A stretch of DNA of 62,914 bases, the filler included, from Parasitella parasitica NRRL 2501 (taxonomy: Eukaryota > Fungi > Mucoromycota), in the NCBI GenBank assembly GCA_025201805.1. It is 8 parts of 8 records of this genome, joined end to end, with 100 filler letters (N's around TTAATTAATTAA, not from the genome) between each part and the next. Parts side by side here need not be neighbours in the genome. Positions count along the whole stretch, not along the records: positions 25,876 to 27,278 come from MU619518.1; positions 27,379 to 28,589 come from MU619324.1; positions 28,690 to 58,723 come from MU619332.1; 5 more parts are not named here. One strand, given 5' to 3'. A model generated the notes under the pieces. That model was given only the letters and a program-made list of their open reading frames with translations. It was not told where the DNA came from and searched no databases. Position 1 is the stretch's first letter; each line of letters starts with the position of its first letter. Positions 26,558-39,496 of the stretch are shown here, in pieces. Both the position numbers and the translations under genes were made by a program.

Positions 26558-27278
26558 GGGATACTGACAGGCGAGAGGGTAACACCAGAAAGACCAGGAC
26601 AAGCAAGCAGAGAACGAAGAAGTGGCTCAAACGCCAAATTGAACAGCAATGGAGACAATGGATCACCTTGACGAAGACCTCGCAATTGAGGCACAGGAGC
26701 ACCAAGCCAACCATTGATAGACACCGAAATCTTTGTTCCAAAAAACAAAGAAGACAAACATGACACCAAAGCAACAGGAAAACCGAAACGCAGCAAAACA
26801 CGACGAAGGTAGTCGGGATGCACCCGATCATACGCCTTTTCTTGATCTAACAACACAGCAACTTGAGGCAGATCCGGAGCGACAGTACGTAAATGAGACA
26901 TAATCAACTGATTGAGCCAGCCATTATCAGAGATGAGCCGATGTGGCATAAAACCAGTTTGATACGGATTAATCAGCTTCGGGAGGACCTTGTTGAGACG
27001 ATTAGCAATGAGCTTTGTAAATAACTTGGCATCACTGTTAATTAAGGACAAAGGTCTCCAATTCACCAGTAGTTGAGGATCGCCTTTCTTGAACAAGAGC
27101 ACCATACGTGTTTGCTGCCACGATGGCGGAAATGCACCCGTAAAAGCTCCACCCAGCACCTCCACAAGCAAGTCAAGAAAAGCAGAAGAGACACCAGCAA
27201 GATATTGATACAATTCAAAAGGTAGACCATCAAGACCAGGACTTTTAGACTTGGGAGAGTGAGCGAGCAAAAGGTAGA
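26558..27278 (-). mobile_element. LINE reverse transcriptase fragment
   Basis: KSPGLDG, NWRPLSLINSDAK, QTGF, LDQEKAYDRV, GLRQGDPLSPLLF. Confidence 0.92.
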
Positions 27279-29365
27279 NNNNNNNNNNNNNNNNNNNNNN
27301 NNNNNNNNNNNNNNNNNNNNNNTTAATTAATTAANNNNNNNNNNNNNNNNNNNNNNNNNNNNNNNNNNNNNNNNNNNNTGACCCTCTGGCATAAAAGTGA
27401 CCCTCCAAGCAGAACCAAAATAAATGATTTTTTACGCAAGACGTTTTACTAACTAATTTATTATTTATTTATTACATCGATTTATCACAGGCATTATTTT
27501 GAACATAAGATCCAATCCAGGAACGGTTGCCATTGTGAAATACATTTACTATGATGATCTGCATTCCATTTCTAGTTTCATTCAATTACCTTAAATTGAT
27601 ATAGACTACATATGTGCACAGTGAATAGGATGTACAATACAGATTTATACTATATAAGATGCAAGCTATATAAGATTTATGCTTCAGATGCGTATTCCCA
27701 GTTTCTAGATACGCACTATAAGACATATACTTATATCCATGATACTAGCTACAGATACATTATGTACTACAGACTTGTAAAATATGTGCAATGCTATAGG
27801 TATGCTTATGACATGCTATAGACATGCTACATATACCGATATATGCAAGATGAATACCAAGTGATATACACTCAGACATGTACTATTAATATAGACTGGA
27901 TAAGACTATACAAGAAATGATATACGCTTATGGATCGATATTAATAATCTTCGTATAAAGATTGATCAGGGTACCTCGGTAAAGTCTATCTCCTCACTCA
28001 AACAGATTTAAGTTATCTTGAGTCTGCTGATATGTTGGTTAGCACAAAGTTAAGATGCTAGTTACGCAGTATTGTCGTACATGTTAAATTGCGAGAATAG
28101 AACATTTATCCATAGCTTAAGTATGTAAAAGTTCATCTACCTGGTCAGTAGATGAACTAAAGCTTCATACACCTGTCGATTTGATAATAAAACCTATACC
28201 TTTATCAAGTTGACATTTTTTTTTATTTTTTCTCAGTGAATCTTTATAACATATATTATGCCGATTCCACAGCCATGACAACGTAATCAAAATAAATAAT
28301 TTTTTCTGATATGAGAAAAGCATTATCTAATGCTGGCAAGGTTAATGATGACTTTTATGTATTTCATTTGAAAGTAATAATTATGTTGGATCATTACAAG
28401 AAACAACATTAGATTGGCTTAAGCCTAAAAGATGATATTCGTAGCGAAGAGTAGAGCTCTTATTGTTTTGTTCATTGGTGAAATTTGTGGAGGGTTAAGT
28501 CTGGGAGAAAAGAAAATATCAGTGTCAAATTGCTGACCTTTTTACTGCTGGTTGACAAGTGTTAGGCTTCAAAGGCAGGCAGAGGGTCANNNNNNNNNNN
28601 NNNNNNNNNNNNNNNNNNNNNNNNNNNNNNNNNTTAATTAATTAANNNNNNNNNNNNNNNNNNNNNNNNNNNNNNNNNNNNNNNNNNNNTTTTGTAATCG
28701 TGTCCCAACTCAATTTGGAAATGACCAAAATTTATTTTCATTGGCCCAACCTAGTTTCGTCAACTGTACCTGTTTAATCCCTTATATATTTTTATTTCTT
28801 AAAGTTAGTCAGCTATAAACCAGTTGCTCACTTTTATTAGATCGATCCGTCTTAGAAAATTTGTCTATAAAACCTATTATTCATCTTAAGGAGCTGTGTA
28901 CCCCCAATAAAAACGAAGGTCGAAAAATATCACCGTAGTTCGGGGGGGGGGGTGTATAAAAGCTCGTCTTAAAATTAAAACTTAACTTGAAACTAATATC
29001 TCTACACACGACATGCTTAATTTTAACTTTTTGGTTGTTTTTTATAGTGGCAGATGCCACAACTAAGCCTCTAATAGTGCGATAATCGGCTCATGAGCAG
29101 GTTAAGTAAAGTTGGCAATATTTAGATTTATCACTCTGGACAACATATACTACTGAATATCTGTATGTGTATATCGTAAGAAGAATGACAAGAAAGTTCA
29201 CCTATTCGCATAAAGTCCATTCACAGAGGTTTGATTGGCTATACAAAATTCTTGCGATTTGAGAGGTTGTTTCTTTTTTTTCTTTTTTCTTCTTGTCGAC
29301 ATATGAACTTCAGCAGTGTTTTAGACACGACTTATAAGTCCTTGACTAAACGACTAATTGCCAAC

Positions 29366-31504
29366 ATGAGTGAAGAGAGTAAATTAAGTCTTGCAAAAAC
29401 AGAGTGAGAATAAAAAAAAAAGTTGAGCTGACGTCTATGTATAGTAGAAGAGATAGACGCCAAAAAGCCGAAAATTAACGATGACGATCTCCATTTGACA
29501 GCTAAACAGAGAAAGAAGGCAACCAAGGCTCTCAAACTGGGAATGGCATATCAAATTGTCGATAACGAATTGGTAAGGGTTCACATTTATAATGCTATGT
29601 GAGCAATGGTTAAGTATAAACTAGACTATCCATCCCAAACTTTTTTTCAAGCAATTTAATGATTTTGCATCCATGAAGGATGCTCGCAATTTAATGTTGA
29701 CTGCATTAGCACCCAAGGGCAAACAATCACGGCTTGCTGATATTCCTAATTTTCCGGGTGTAGCCCCTGTTAAAAAGGCGATAATTTTAGATGTGCCTAT
29801 TTTCGATCCGTCCGAGATGGGTTTGCCTATGGAGGCGCGCAGTGTATCCAACGTAGAATCACCCAAAGTGTACGAGCAATTCAAAAATGAACCCATATAT
29901 ACTTACATTAAACAGATCAATAATGATCAAGACAAAGAGATTTTGGGGTTGGTCAGCGCGGCGGGATTTGACCAGTACAAACGAGTTCATGACAGATTTT
30001 TGGATCTTTTGGAAGTGCCCTTATCTAAAGGTGAAATTAAAAGAAAAAGAGAGGAAGAGGACAAAGGTATGAGGTCACAATCAACATCATATGGTAACAT
30101 ACTTATGCATGCATCACTAGATCCTGATCAAAAGAGGGCTATTGTTCCCGAAGTTTTGATCATGTCTAAAGAAGAGCTGCAAATGGAGGATTTCCCTATA
30201 CCCACTGTTTTGGATCCTGACAGCGTCTTGGAAGATGGTTGGGTAGATACACTACCTGGAACGGGACTAGTACCAAAAAAATTGGTTGCTTTAGATTGTG
30301 AAATGGTCAGTGCAGGTTTAGGATTATGCAATCACAGAAACGCTTACAATTATATTACGTTCTTAGTGTAAAACAGTCAACGGCTATGCAGTGACACGGG
30401 TTGCCTTGGTTGACAGAGGTAATTATCAGGCATTAGAGCATGAGACTCCTATTAACTGTTGGTACTATATTTATACATCTTTATTGCAGAAAACAATCAA
30501 CTGATCAACGAACTGGTTAAGCCCAATGAGGAAATTACAGACTATGTGACGCACATTAGTGGAGTAGACGAAAAGTCCTTGGTGGGGATCAATACCAGCC
30601 TGGCCGACATTCAGAAAAAGATCCAGACATTTGTCGATGGAGACACGATCCTTGTGGGCCATGGGCTCGTGAATGACATGAAATGTTTAAAGATGAGACA
30701 CCCATACATCATTGACACTGCAGTCATATACCATCACAAAAATGGACCGCCTTACAAGCCAGCGCTTCGCGATCTAACCATTCGATACTTGAAACGCGCA
30801 ATACAAATCAGAGATGAGGACAAAAGGCCAGAAGAAGATAAAGGTCATGACCCTTGCGAGGATGCTACTGCAAGTTTAGAGCTTCTGGAAAGGAAGCTTC
30901 GCTATGGTATCAATTATGGTTTGGCAGGATTATGCCAGGTAGAAACTGTCACAGAGTTTTTGAAGCGTAATCATCAACAAGGCGTAGTTATCGAGTGTCG
31001 TGCTGACCTTGGTCAGCTGATGAGGATGAAATTTGCCGAAAATAGTCGGGATGATTACTGCTCACAAGAAAATGATGAACAAGTAGCTCAAAAAGTAATT
31101 GATCATCACAAGCATAAGGATCTTGTCATTGCTAGATTTGATTTACCTCAAGAATCCGAGAACGATAGGCGGGTCGCATTTTTTAATTTGTTTGAAAAGA
31201 TACATCAAGAAATGGAGCCTAATACTGTCTACTGTATTACCACAGGCTATAGATCCAATAAGCAACGTGAAGCGTAAGTATCACGTCTGTACAAAATGGC
31301 CGTTTCTGACTCAAAGATATTCGCAGACTAAGAGAAAAGCGCGTTGCATTTAAGAAAATGTTGAAACTTGTGGGTTTAGCTGATATTCCCATGGAGAAGC
31401 GTTGGAGCATAGAAGATGAACACTTGCTAGAAAAGATTGCTGATGACACTCGCCGAGGATTTATATTTGCAACTATCAAGAATCCTCGAGTCAAGTTGCA
31501 ATAA
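29366..31504 (+). CDS. REX1/REXO-like DEDDh RNA exonuclease (multi-exon; start approximate)
   Basis: ALDCEM|C, ITDYVTHISG, LVGHGLVNDMKCL, IDTA, GHDPCEDA. Confidence 0.88.
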
Positions 31505-31903
31505 ATAGTATATACTATTTTCATAGCACTAGCGAGATCTCCGGAGATTACTTTCTATTTAGTAGCATTAGCCATCCTTATTATATCTAGTGTTTCTGAA
31601 CATGCAGCTATTCCTGAAAGTATGTATGCCAATATGCATGTGCATGAACATGAGGAAGAGACCGTGTGTGTGTGTGTGTATGGTCTAATGATGGGCTGGT
31701 GAGCTTGAATTGTCTCTGTCCCTGATATTATACAAACGATCAAAGGAAAGCATAATGAGCACCATGCAGATACATGTTGTATCACAATGAACGTCTTGAA
31801 AAAGGAAATTATGGGCGTTAAAGAACTGAAAACATATATAAATGTTTAAACTTTGGCGTTTATCCTTTTTTTCTCTCTACATTTTCGCTACAATATAAAC
31901 AAC

Positions 31904-34348
31904 ATGTTGGGACCATCTCCTATTCCAAAGGTACGAAACTATTTTGAAACGAAATAAACAGAAAAGAGGAGAAAGATAGCTAACTGTTTTGAACAGCAGC
32001 AAGAACAACAACAACAACGCCAACATCGATTCAACGATTTCCTTTCCATGATCAAAGATGAGATGCAAGAAAATGATCTCTGGAAGTTTTTCGAAACTAT
32101 CGCAAATGAAATGGGGCGAAAGGGCCAAGACTCTTCCCCCACTGTGCCTCCAACTCCTTCTAGCGCTCCTACTGGTGCTAAGTGGACTCTGAACGCCCTG
32201 AATGATAACTTTAAGGCCGTGTTCCACATCAATTCTACCAATACTGGTGCTATTAAGGATTTTTTCACTTTGACTCCCAGAGATCAGTTTACTTTACTGG
32301 CAGCAATGATTGAAAGGTAAGCATTCAAAAGATAAGGCGGGTCAACTATACATCTAACAACCGCTGGTCTCTATAGATTGCTCAGTAAGAATTCACCTAC
32401 TAATGATCGCCGCAATACGTTTGAAAATGTCATGAATATTTTGGGGCGTTTGAGCCCTGATCAAAGTGATTTGATGTATGTCGTTACTCAACCATTGATT
32501 GAGATGTATCATGTTAGTACCGTTTTCAATGGATATGTAGAGAAAGGGAGCAAAGCAGGATTCTAACCAAGTGATATTAAATAGAACGACATCCCCAAGC
32601 CTTTTATTAACTATGTGGGAAAGCAGTTCCGTTCTGCAGATGGTAGCGAGAACAGTGTTCTTTATCCCAGTGTTGTAAGTTTTATTTGACTTGGAATGCG
32701 AGGATAGATGATTCAACGTATATTTAGGGCCAAGCTGGAAACAATTACGTTCGGTCTGTCACCAGCACCAGCAGAAACAATCCCAATTTACCATCACCTA
32801 AGGAAGTGTTTGATAAGCTATTGAAGAGACCTGATGGAGTGTTCAAAGAGCATGAGGGTGGTATTAATATGTTGCTATTTTATTTGGCCATCATTATTAC
32901 CCATGACTTGTTTTACACAGACCCAAACAATCCAATGCGTAACTTGACAACTAGTTATTTGGACATGTAAGTAATTCGACTCATTAATAATACTTAATTC
33001 ACCGTATACCTAACTTCGTGTCACTATAAAAGGTCTCCTCTGTATGGAAATAGCCGTAAGGATCAAGAGTCAGTCCGTCAAATGGAGTTTGGTCTGTTGA
33101 AACCCGATCAATGGTTTGATAGACGTCTCGTCATTCAACCAGCTGGTGTCGCAGGTCTCATGGTAGTGTTCTCCCGCAATCACAATTACATTGCAAAGCA
33201 ATTACTGGAAATTAACGAAAATGAGCGCTTCTCTTATGGCCATGGTAAGAGATTGAAAACCAAGGAAGAGCAAGATGAGAAGCTATTCCAAACAGCTCGT
33301 TTGGTTAACAATGGCTGTTACGTCAATATTATCATCCACGACTATATTCGTACGATTAATGGCACTGCTGCTGACTCAAATTTCTTCCTCGATCCCTTTG
33401 CTACCCCTAGCAACCCCACGGATGGCAACGCTGTTTCCATTGAATTCAATGCTATTTACCGTTGGCATGCAGCCATTGGTAAGGAAGACTCTGAATGGCT
33501 CACTGAAGTGATGAACTTGCTTATGGCCAAAATGCAGGCTAGTCGTAAAGAGGAAAGCTATCCTGGCCTTGATAGTTCATTGATTAACAAAGGTGCTCAA
33601 ACAGACAGTATATTTGACCGATTGCTGGAAGGATTCAACGAGCATTTTGTCAAGGCTAGTCCTGAGGAATTGGCAAGAGGTCTGCCAATTGCAGGCACCC
33701 ACCGTGCAGAGGATGGTGCTTTTGCTGATACAGATATCCTTCGATTACTGAGAAATGGATACAAGCAACGAGCATCTGAACTTGGTAATGGCCTCAATAC
33801 GCCCGCAGCATTAGAACACGTAGAAATTGCCGGTATCAACCAGGCCCGTATTCTCGACACCTGTTATTTCAATGATTTCAGAAAGTTTTTACGTTTGACA
33901 ACATTGGATACATTCGAAGATTTCTCTGAAAAAAAGGAAGTCCAGGACGCTTTGAAAGAGTTGTACGGTCACCCTGATAAAGTGGAATTGTATGCTGGTT
34001 TGATGGTCGAACGTGCCAAGCCAACGGGTTTAAGATTGCCCTATTCCATGGGTAGAGCAATTTTGAGTGATGCTGTCAATTTATTGAGGAACGGTAAGTG
34101 TAGAATTTGTAATTTGCAACACAAAAATGCTCATTATGATATCATTACTAGATCGTATTTTATCCAAGGAACTAACACCTGCCAACTTGACCAATTGGGG
34201 TTATGACTACACTCTTGGTGATCCCAAATCCAACAACCGTGTTTTACCCACTATGTTAAGCAGCCTCTTACCCAATGGATCTACCGAAGCTTTTACTAAG
34301 GAAGAGCTCAGAACTTTGTTCCAAACACCCGGGTTCAACAAGAAGTAA
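31904..34348 (+). CDS. Heme peroxidase-cyclooxygenase family fatty-acid dioxygenase (linoleate diol synthase-like DOX domain), multi-exon
   Basis: IITHDLFYTD, NLTTSYLD, FSRNHNYIA, LFQTARLVN, EFNAIYRWH (catalytic Tyr and proximal His), VELYAGL. Confidence 0.9.
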
Positions 34349-34810
34349 ATATATACCTTAAAAAAAAAGGATATATGCTTATGAAGATATATGATTATGA
34401 CAAAAGGATATTCTAGTATATGATTATGAAAACTTATGAATCTTTATTGATCCGGTTTCCCCCTCCTTTTCATCATTTATTCTAATAAAAAACTAATTGA
34501 AAAACAAAAAACAAAAAAAAAGCAAATATCGCAGATGAGTGTCGTCTTGTGTTGTTTGACTAATCGTTTCATATACTGATCGACTATTTCACTATTAAAC
34601 TGTATTTAACCCTCACAGTGTGATTCAAATGTGCAACCTACAAAGTAACAAATAAACGTGGTTACATTAACAGATAGAAAAAGATTGGGGCACCAATAGA
34701 GTCAGTTCTACAAGAAATTTTATTTTTCAAAAGCTAATATATGTACAGAATATATAATAAAAGAGGAACAGAGGGGAAGAAGGGTATCATGTAAGTCGAC
34801 AGGTCGAATT

Positions 34811-35101
34811 TTAATGCTGATATAATTGTTGATGATTGGCAAGATTTCCTTTGGAATGAAACTTACGTTGACATGAGTTGCATCGGACAACCGATGATCG
34901 ACAATGTTTGATGGCGATTTGTCTTTGTTGTTGCTCTTGCTGAAACTTGATTGATGTCGCTGATGTCATGACATTTTCTTCTAATTCATCCAAAGGCCAA
35001 CCATAATAATAACATTGTTGTGGTCGACTATAAATCTTCGCAATGGCAGAGTTTTTTGATGGTGGAGTCGCATTAGCGGCGGTGGATAATGGAGCTAGCA
35101 T
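34811..35101 (-). CDS. Small C2H2 zinc-finger protein
   Basis: C-terminal CNSCQRKFHSKGNLANHQQLYQH; TATAAATA at about 35158-35165 (- strand). Confidence 0.7.
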   Translation of the reverse strand: MLAPLSTAANATPPSKNSAIAKIYSRPQQCYYYGWPLDELEENVMTSATSIKFQQEQQQRQIAIKHCRSSVVRCNSCQRKFHSKGNLANHQQLYQH

Positions 35102-35379
35102 TGTATATATGTAAATGTATATGAGAATGAAAGAAAAAAGGAGGGAAAAACGCACAGGTATTTATATCTTTTTACCATATATGCGGGACAGCATTTCGCT
35201 CACTTTCTCTCTAAAAATGGGTCTCACATGATGCACCTCATCATTTGAAAGTAATGTGGGTAAACCACCCTTTTGTTTGTCAACTGAGAGCGGAATATCT
35301 TAGAGCTTTCTTTTCCAAGTAAAGTCTTGCAGCTTGTAACCTGACCATATCGTCAAAGTTAAAAGAGACATAAGGAAAC

Positions 35380-35600
35380 CATCCAATAAGCACATTAAGA
35401 GCATCTCCAACAGAGATGCTAATTTTACAAAATTTCCAGAAGAAAATTGCTGAGAGGACGATACTTTCTTTTTTTTTTTGGACAATTTTACTCACCTGTA
35501 ATGGTGTATAGGATAAACCGAATACCCATGGCGTATCAAAGAGTAATGTCAATGACACACAATGCTTGCAATTATTCTTTTGATTCAGAACGCTGGAATG
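35380..35600 (-). ncRNA. Putative Fanzor omegaRNA scaffold plus flank-derived guide
   Basis: Lies between the Fanzor stop and the element end. Nested stems and a terminal hairpin are visible. Expression is inferred only. Confidence 0.5.
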
Positions 35601-37478
35601 GTGAAAGACGAACGCCATTGTTTCTTGCTGCATGTAAAAATATGTTGAGGATGTTTTTTGCAGCCATTATATTGCGATTCCAGTAATATTACAAGCTACA
35701 AGCTGTTGCTTGACACTGTAATACAGAATGTACTCTTCGCTTTGCTGATCGTTGCACAACGTTTTCAACATTTCTTTTTTTGCAGCTGTTGCAGACTTGA
35801 CTGGTGAGGTATTCGTCTACTATTTGGACTGTAACACCACGATTTTCTTTACATTTTTGAAGAGCTTTTATGATAGTCTTTGTAGGTCCATCTCCATAGG
35901 CAATGATGATTTTATTTGCCTTAACTGATCCATCAAGTGGTGGAGGGCGGGAGTAAGAATTGTTGTTTCCCGTTGCTGTCTTCACATTGGTGGACGCACC
36001 CGCACGATATTTGATGCTATCATGAGTAAACATCTTGACTATTCGCTGAAGGCTTTTTGCTTCTTTCTATAACATCTAAACTTTAATTTTGAAGACCTAT
36101 TCCATTTGGTTAACACATCTTTAAAATATGTACAAGTGTTTGCTACACTTACCAAAGGCCTCTGTTATAAAATTCATACATTGTATCGTAGGATTCTATA
36201 CGCTTTATGCAAGCAATCAAGAATTTTGAAACTTCTCCGGTTTTTAATGAATCCAGTTATGTTATCAGTCTATGAGTGTTTGTGTGCTTCGCTTGATGAA
36301 TCTTTTGAATGTGAGCTGCATCATTAAACCAACACAAGTGATAATACTCCTTTTGACCAAGTTATCTCACTCTACCAGCTTGGTCAAATATAGTAAAAAC
36401 CGTGTTAATCCCAGGGTCTACCACCCACACTTGGCACCCATTGTCAATATCTGTTTTCAGGTCAGATGGCTTTACGGGAAGGGAGTCTTTCTTCTTTTTT
36501 GCTGTAATTCTTGAACCACCTTCTTTTCTTTTCGTTTTGGACAGAGTTTACTGGTAGACCTTGCATGATCTGTCTGTTTACATGAAGGACACAGCATTGG
36601 TTTGTTGGATTTGTTTTGTTTCTTGAACTCCTCTAAAGCAACAATTTTGTCTTCTTTCTGTTGGACTTTCTTAGATAAAGTAAGAGTTTTGCTGGAAGAA
36701 GAGCCTATATCATTAAATGAGCTAGCAGTCTTTTCTGTTGTGCTAGAAGCCTTTGCTGTTGAACTCGAAGCATCGTTGGTGGTGGGAATACCTGGTGTTG
36801 TCAAATCAGCCCCTTCTTTTTGGTGATTCAAATCTGCAACTAAAACATAGTAAGACATATATTCTTTTCACAATGTATGTGTTAGATATTTACTTCTTAT
36901 AGCTCTCTTTCCTTTCCTATCTGGTGGATCGTCTTTATGTTTACGCTTCATATATGTGTGAGGAGTAAATTCAGGAAAGAAAAAGAAGGGATGAACTTAC
37001 AACATTCAGTGATGTATTATGTTGAATTTGAAAAATTAGGCTCAATACAAAATCTCAAAGTGCATTACGATCAACACAGTGGATACTCGAAAAAAAAAAG
37101 AGTATAGTGTATAAACTTTAACTAACTATACAAACTTTATTAACATTTCCTAAAATGGCCAGTATTTCTGTCCTGAATGCTCATATTAATGTTAGAAGTG
37201 TGAGGTTTATAGTATGAGATATATAAATATGGGTTGAATAAAAGTAGTGAGCACCAGCTCCTGTTTTGAAAGTAGAACGACTTTGCATAAAGAAGAAAAG
37301 GTATGAGGAAAATAGCAAAAGAGAATACAATGGATTCAAGAGCCAAGGGAGTAATTCAAAGAGCTTCAGAGATAAAAAAGCAAAGCAACAGTAAGCAAGC
37401 AGACAAAACATTTCCGGGTTGTAAAAAAAAGGGGTGCTTTAAATGGCTTTTTGTTTAGCATCTCTGTTGGAGATGCTC
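35399..37478 (-). mobile_element. Non-autonomous PIF/Harbinger-type DNA transposon carrying Fanzor
   Basis: Perfect 24-bp TIRs GAGCATCTCCAACAGAGATGCTAA (35399-35422 and 37455-37478), TTAA on both flanks, no transposase ORF. Confidence 0.88.
35572..36951 (-). pseudogene. Fanzor1 (TnpB-family RNA-guided RuvC nuclease), internally deleted and frameshifted
   Basis: RuvC-I VWVVDPGINTVFT (about 36416), KEYYHLCGFN, KLKFRCYRKKQK, IIIAYGDG, RuvC-II/Zn finger VDEYLTSQVCNSC..VHSVLQC..C, RuvC-III WNRNIMAAKNI, end NGVRLSPFQRSESKE*. Confidence 0.88.
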
Positions 37479-38318
37479 TTAATCCAAAATGTCAGATCTG
37501 GTTGAGAAGAAAATAAGGGAACAAAAATTTAAGCATTATCTTGTCTCCTCGATACAATACTTTTGTTTACATGGGTGTGTACCTATTATACCTAGAAACT
37601 GTACACCGGCGTCGACACAAAAGATATTCCTAGAAACATTCATCTACTAGTATATTAAATCAATTATTCATTAGGTGTCTCCTTGGAGCTGGAAGAGCCG
37701 TTGACTTTTTAAGGTTTGCATCCATTCATTTACTCAAATAAACCCCGTGTTTCGTTTGTAGAATGAGGATCAAGCGCTCTGTTGATCGGATGGAACCAAT
37801 GCAGCTAATAAATGTTGACACATGTTTTAAAGTTTATTCTGTTCCGTAGCCTATTTGTCTATATATCAAATAAACAAAATGAAAATGGCCTGGTGATCCT
37901 ATACTACATGCATCAGACAAAAGTCTTTATTTGGATAAATGAGAAATTCAGCCAAAATGGCTGAACAATTATGAGGTCTCTCGACACCGCTCCATCGTTT
38001 TTTTTTTTTTGTGAGCTTCCCAAGTGCATTTTGTGTATGTATTTATAGATAGTGCATATAAGCGGTCATCCATGTATTGAATAAGCCTTATGCTAAAATT
38101 ATAAACGGATATGTGGCGGTAAGCAAACCCAAAGTGAATTAGAGTGACCTCACTGTTTGTGGTGGGATGTGGAATTCCTAAAAAGACAAAGGTTGAGCGA
38201 TATATTATCCACTCACCAGTCTGTCCTCTCTTTTGCTGGCTGGAGGTGAAAGGATGAATGAATACGTGTCGCAGTAGTCAATTTTTTTCCCTTTCTTCAT
38301 AATAAGCAACTACATATC

Positions 38319-39463
38319 ATGGGTGCCTTTGTAAGTAACTTGGCAACTTTTCACTTCGATGATCAATTAATTAAGACTTCTCTATAGGAAATTACTATCA
38401 AAACACTTTCACAAAAGCAATTCAAACTTTCTGTTGATACATCTGATTTTGTAATTTTTTTTTGTATAGTTGTATAATATAAAAAACTAATCTTGTATTA
38501 TTCTGTCGACATTACAGATTCTTTCCGTAAAGGAAAAAATTCAAGAATCCCAGAAACATCCTGTAGAGCAACAAAAACTTATTTTTTCTGGTATGAATGG
38601 ATTATTTTTTCAAAAAAAAACTTTTCATAATGACATCCATGAATAAATAGGTAAGATTCTCGAAGATGGAAAAACGATTCAAGATTACAACATTGGCGAG
38701 AAGGATTTCTTAGTAGTTATGATTTCCAAGGTATGAACTTCCAGTTCAATGTATAAAAGCTTGCAAAATTAATTCAATTTTAAACCAAATAGCCAAAGGC
38801 AACTCCTTCTACTGCCAGTACACCCAAGGCCACCGCCCCTACAACAGCTACTCTTGAAGAGCCTACTCCTGCTGTTCCTGCTGCTGCTCCTGTCGCCGCT
38901 GCATCTGCTGTTGTTCAAGAAGTTCCTGTTGCCACCACCACGACTGCTACTGAGACACCTGCAAATGCTGCTTCTCGACCTGACAATTCATTAGGTAATT
39001 TGTCATACGACAGAAGAGATGAAAAGCCCAATTGATAACCATATTTTGATAGTGACAGGATCTCAACTTGATAGTGTCATTCAGAATTTGATGGAAATGG
39101 GTTTTGAGCGTGAACAATGTGTCCGCGCTCTTCGTGCTAGTTTCAACAATCCTGATAGAGCTGTGGAATATTTGTTCAATGTATGAAATTTGCTATCTGC
39201 CAATGCAAGAATTAAATCACAACAGACTCATAGCTCCAATGTAGGGTATTCCTCAAAGTATTTTGGATGACATGAATGCTGATCAACAAGCACAGCAAGA
39301 ATCTGCTACTGCTGCCGCGGTCAATTCTCCTTCGGCCCAAGCTACTTCTACTCCTGAAAATACTGCAGGTACGACGATTTGCTTGAAGATGTGAATTACA
39401 CGACGCTGATAGGTTTTATCAGGTACCCCACTCAATTTATTTGCTGCTGCCCAACAACAAGCT

Positions 39464-39496
<33 letters not shown>

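Noticed and set aside
39452-39496. CAA/CAG microsatellite
   Set aside because: Ordinary polyQ linker within RAD23.
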